A stretch of DNA of 64,000 nt from Opitutia bacterium. GTDB lineage: Bacteria > Verrucomicrobiota > Verrucomicrobiia > Opitutales > Seribacteraceae. Below are positions 61,069 to 64,000 of the stretch, piece by piece. Made by a program: the position numbers and the translations under genes. Under the pieces are notes generated by a model that was not told where the DNA came from, did no database searches, and was given only the letters and a program-made list of their open reading frames with translations. The stretch's first letter is position 1; every line of letters begins with the position of its first letter. Location: the NCBI GenBank assembly GCA_002721705.1, contig PBLJ01000022.1, positions 4,482 to 68,481 on the forward strand, in the 5' to 3' direction.

Positions 61069-62007
61069 ATGAAAAACATACTGTTCTGCCTATTACTTGG
61101 ATTCTCGATTGGAAACCTTTGGGCCCAAGACGACCCAGCTCCCGCAGCCCCGGACCCGGCACCTGCCGCAGCCGAGGAAGGTGAGAGTCGCTGGTCCGAC
61201 TTCCTTCCGCTCAACAAGGAGGTTGCCGGTGACGCCGACCTGCCATTGCCCTTGGGCATAGGGGTGACCGTTTACGACCAAGAGCAGGACATGAAATTAA
61301 AAGGCAATATTTCACTAACGGCGGCCACCGCTCTCCTGCAGGGACTGGATCCCGCTGCCTACGGCGCGCTGTCCGGCGCAACTTCAACGGTTACTGCAAC
61401 TGCAGACAGGGTGGAATCCGACGTGGAGACCAAACTAGTCAAAGTCGATGCATGGATACTTCCCTTCCTGAACGTTTACGCTATTTTCGGAGAAATCGAA
61501 GGAGACAACAAAGTGGTGAATGCAGCTATGATTAATCCGACGTCGGCAGCAGCCACCGCCGTAGTACAAAGCGCATTCGGGAACGTAACTTACGATGGAG
61601 ACATCCACGGGTTTGGAGCCGTTCTCGCTTACTCCAAGGATCGCTGGTGGGGAACCTTGGATTACAGTTATACCGAAGCGGACCTGAGCATTAGTTCTTC
61701 CGAGATCAAGACCTACACCTTGAGTCCTCGTATAGGAACCATTGGTGAATTTGGCGATTTCAAAGGGGCCTTTTGGGTTGGGGGGATGCACCAAGACGTC
61801 GATGAACGACAAACCGGTTCCGTCACGGCAACGATCCCTGGCTTAGGCTCCCAAACGATCAGCTACGACGTCCAACAAGAAGCGGAGGAAGAATGGAACT
61901 GGCTGGTCGGCGGTTCGCTCGACTTGTCCGAACAATTGAACCTTGCCATCGAAGCTGGTTTCGGCGACCGCGAACAAGTGATGGGCTCGCTTACCTTCCG
62001 TTTTTAA
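61069..62007 (+). CDS. Putative outer-membrane beta-barrel protein
   Basis: ORF 61006..62007; preferred start is M22 at 61069 (MKNILFCLLLGFSIGNLWAQ signal peptide). Pro/Ala-rich linker (DDPAPAAPDPAPAAAEEG). The body has alternating beta-strand patterns and ends with a C-terminal aromatic residue (GSLTFRF), as in OMP sorting signals. Confidence 0.6.
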   Translation: MKNILFCLLLGFSIGNLWAQDDPAPAAPDPAPAAAEEGESRWSDFLPLNKEVAGDADLPLPLGIGVTVYDQEQDMKLKGNISLTAATALLQGLDPAAYGALSGATSTVTATADRVESDVETKLVKVDAWILPFLNVYAIFGEIEGDNKVVNAAMINPTSAAATAVVQSAFGNVTYDGDIHGFGAVLAYSKDRWWGTLDYSYTEADLSISSSEIKTYTLSPRIGTIGEFGDFKGAFWVGGMHQDVDERQTGSVTATIPGLGSQTISYDVQQEAEEEWNWLVGGSLDLSEQLNLAIEAGFGDREQVMGSLTFRF

Positions 62008-62031
62008 GCTGTAAATTAAATCTTTTCAAAA

Positions 62032-62065
62032 GGCGGTCGCTTTCGGGCGGCCGCCTTTTGTTTTA
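62032..62065. terminator. Bidirectional Rho-independent terminator between convergent genes
   Basis: AAAA-GGCGGTCGC-TTTCGG-GCGGCCGCC-TTTTGTTTT. This is a 9-bp GC-rich stem (one G-U pair), arms 62032..62040 and 62047..62055. It is flanked by an A-run upstream and a T-run downstream, so it reads as a terminator on both strands. Confidence 0.75.
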
Positions 62066-63199
62066 TTTGATTTCGACGAAGCGCACGCAGACCGGCTTGG
62101 GACTCTCGATCGAGCTGCCGGCAGGGGTAAGGGCACCAGTATTGGCGTCCACCCGGAAGACCGCCACGTTGTTGCTGTTCTGGTTGGCCGCGAGAAGGAA
62201 GGCTCCCGATGGATCGAGGCAAAAATTGCGGGGTGTCTTGCCGCCCGATGGTTCCTGCTCGACCAAGGTGAGCTCGCCCGTCTTATCGTTTATGGTGAAC
62301 ACCGCAATGCTGTCGTGGCCGCGATTGGAGCAATAGACGAACTTGCCAGTCGGATGGACACGGATCTCGGCGGTCGAGTTGTTGCCCTTGAAACCTTTGG
62401 GCAAAGTGGAAACCGTCTGGATGGGTTTCAATGCTCCGGTCTTCACGTCATGGGCGAAAACGGTCACCTTGGAGGTCATTTCCAAATTCAAGTAGGCGAA
62501 CTTGCCCGAGGGATGAAAATTGAAGTGGCGTGGCCCACCACCCGCCTCGGTCTTGGCGAAAGGGGGATCGTTCGGCTTCAGTCTGCCATTCTTGCTAAGC
62601 TTATACACGAGCACCTTGTCGAGACCGAGGTCGGCCACATAAGCCCGCTTGTTGGCTGGATCGACGTTGATGGAGTGGGCATGCGGTCCCTCCTGCCGTC
62701 GTTCGTTCACGCTCGACCCCTCATGCTGGATAAAGGAAACGGTCTCGCTCAAGGAGCCGTCCTCACCGATACGATAGGATGCCACGCTGCCTCCTCCGTA
62801 GTTCGCCACCAGCAAGGTTTTGCCTTTCGCATCGATGGTTATATGGCAAGGTCCAGTTCCTTTGGAGGAAACTTGATTAAGCTGAGTGAGATCACCCGTC
62901 TTGGAATCGATGGAAAACGAGGTGATGGATCCCGCATCCCCTCCCTTGAAATCACGAATTTCGTTGGAAGCATAAAGAAACTTCTTGGAAGGATGGATCG
63001 CGAGAAAGGCGGGGTTGCGGTGCCCTCCGAACACCTTGACCTTCTCCAGTTTTCCTTTCTTTCGGTCGAGCTTGCACAAGGTGATTCCGCGATCGTCCCC
63101 GTTGGCATAGGATCCGAGAAATACCCAGATGGGATCGGCAGCGTTGAGAACAGACGCGGTGGACAAGGCAAGGGCGGTCATGAGGGTTTTCAAGGTCAT
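62063..63199 (-). CDS. Lactonase-family 7-bladed beta-propeller (6-phosphogluconolactonase-like), secreted
   Basis: 378 aa with a signal peptide. Contains GTGPCHITIDAKGKTLLVANYGGGSVASY, EGPHAHSINVDP, DLGLDKVLVY and GGGPRHFNFHPSGKFAYLNLEMTSKVTVF, typical of the lactonase (YbhE/Pgl-like) family. Confidence 0.8.
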   Translation of the reverse strand: MTLKTLMTALALSTASVLNAADPIWVFLGSYANGDDRGITLCKLDRKKGKLEKVKVFGGHRNPAFLAIHPSKKFLYASNEIRDFKGGDAGSITSFSIDSKTGDLTQLNQVSSKGTGPCHITIDAKGKTLLVANYGGGSVASYRIGEDGSLSETVSFIQHEGSSVNERRQEGPHAHSINVDPANKRAYVADLGLDKVLVYKLSKNGRLKPNDPPFAKTEAGGGPRHFNFHPSGKFAYLNLEMTSKVTVFAHDVKTGALKPIQTVSTLPKGFKGNNSTAEIRVHPTGKFVYCSNRGHDSIAVFTINDKTGELTLVEQEPSGGKTPRNFCLDPSGAFLLAANQNSNNVAVFRVDANTGALTPAGSSIESPKPVCVRFVEIK

Positions 63200-63259
63200 G
63201 GAGCTTTCAGGTTGGATGAAGAAAGTGAAAGAAAAGCTCTAAGGGTGAAGCGAAAAGGA

Positions 63260-63994
63260 TCAATCGGGAAACGCCTCGTGTACGATGCGACACTTCGGGA
63301 GGGCGACCTTCAACCGCTTGGCTCCCTTGGCCGAGATCTTGGTCTCGTAAACATACAACTCACGCAACTTCTCCATCGTGGACAAGGCCTCGATGCATGC
63401 ATCGGAGATGGGCAAATCGTGCAACCAGAGCTTCTCCAGCTTGGACAAGACAGCCAATTGCCGCACCCCCTTGTCGGTGACCTTTGTTTCACCGAGATGC
63501 AATCCTTCCAGATTCTCTAGTTTCACGAGATGGGCAATACCCGCATCGGTGATCTTGTTGCCCCGCAACCCCAAGTAGGTCAATTGGGTCATACCGGAGA
63601 GGTGGGAAAGTCCTAAGTCGGTAACGTTGGTCTCCCCCATGGGCAGCAGCCGAAGAGACTTCGATTCGGACAAGCTCTGGGCTCCCTCGTTTCCCACCCA
63701 TGTACGGTAGAGGTTGAGCCATTCCAGTTTGGGCATTTTCCCGAGGTGAACCATGCCCGCATCACCGACCCGAGAATTCTCAAGCGAAAGGTCGGTCAAC
63801 TGATTCAAGGTAACCAAGGCGGCTAAGTCATTGTCCTCAACCTGAGTCGAGTTGAGGATGACCTCTACCACCTTCCCTTGCTTGGCGAAGAACTTTCCCT
63901 TTAATGCCAACACGCGTTGCTTGGCTGCATCATCGTCTGCATTCGCTAAAAAAAGGAGCGAGAAGAAGGCCAATGGATACCCCAGAGGTCGCAT
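63260..63994 (-). CDS. Secreted leucine-rich-repeat protein
   Basis: 244 aa with a signal peptide. About seven 24-residue LRRs follow (L..L..L.L..T.V.D.G...L). Confidence 0.8.
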   Translation of the reverse strand: MRPLGYPLAFFSLLFLANADDDAAKQRVLALKGKFFAKQGKVVEVILNSTQVEDNDLAALVTLNQLTDLSLENSRVGDAGMVHLGKMPKLEWLNLYRTWVGNEGAQSLSESKSLRLLPMGETNVTDLGLSHLSGMTQLTYLGLRGNKITDAGIAHLVKLENLEGLHLGETKVTDKGVRQLAVLSKLEKLWLHDLPISDACIEALSTMEKLRELYVYETKISAKGAKRLKVALPKCRIVHEAFPD

Positions 63995-64000
63995 GGCGCG

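Noticed and set aside
62315-63520. 401-aa plus-strand ORF spanning the lactonase gene, the intergenic gap and the LRR gene.
   Set aside because: It crosses two well-supported minus-strand genes (lactonase propeller motifs, regular LRRs) and has no recognisable motif of its own. It is a shadow ORF.
1-64000. A search for rRNA, tRNA, tmRNA, CRISPR arrays, IS elements/transposases, integrases, prophage genes, toxin-antitoxin pairs or defence systems.
   Set aside because: The longest non-coding stretches are about 230 nt (37481-37712) and 217 nt (54190-54406), and neither shows tRNA-like or repeat structure. No ORF has transposase, integrase, nuclease-helicase or phage hallmarks. No direct or inverted nucleotide repeats of note were seen by eye.

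Overview
This 64-kb chromosomal window looks like it comes from a marine, polysaccharide-degrading member of the PVC superphylum (Verrucomicrobia/Planctomycetes-type gene content). That assignment rests on gene content only; no search was run. Coding density is very high and almost every product has a signal peptide or a Tat (RRxFLK) motif. Leaders are A-rich with no obvious Shine-Dalgarno sequence.

Content:
- Six S1-family sulfatase genes plus one C-terminal remnant.
- Two DUF1549/DUF1553 + DUF1501 gene pairs and one DUF1592-family + DUF1552 pair.
- PA14 modules in three unrelated proteins.
- A PhoX-like phosphatase next to a haem-c beta-propeller protein.
- Housekeeping and catabolic genes: tdh-kbl plus a cysteine-synthase-like gene, glutamate dehydrogenase, a 4-hydroxyproline epimerase / FAD dehydrogenase pair with a distant 2,5-dioxovalerate dehydrogenase, nanE, and a lactonase.
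- An RRM RNA-binding protein, a PAP2/AUR1-like membrane protein with a beta-barrel OMP, an LRR protein, and the N-terminus of a TonB-dependent receptor cut by the left edge.

I recognised no rRNA, tRNA, CRISPR array, transposase, integrase or phage gene.

The most unusual region is a translationally coupled, eight-gene operon of about 15.3 kb (6845-22190, + strand). One ExbB-like and two ExbD-like proton-motor subunits sit among a 788-aa TPR protein, a 2509-aa giant TPR/beta-module protein, a small acidic single-pass protein, a polytopic DUF4159-like protein and a third TPR protein. No TonB, TolA, TolB or Pal is present. I propose it as a candidate uncharacterised PMF-driven envelope machine.

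All domain calls come from motif reading by eye. No HMM, BLAST or structure search was possible.
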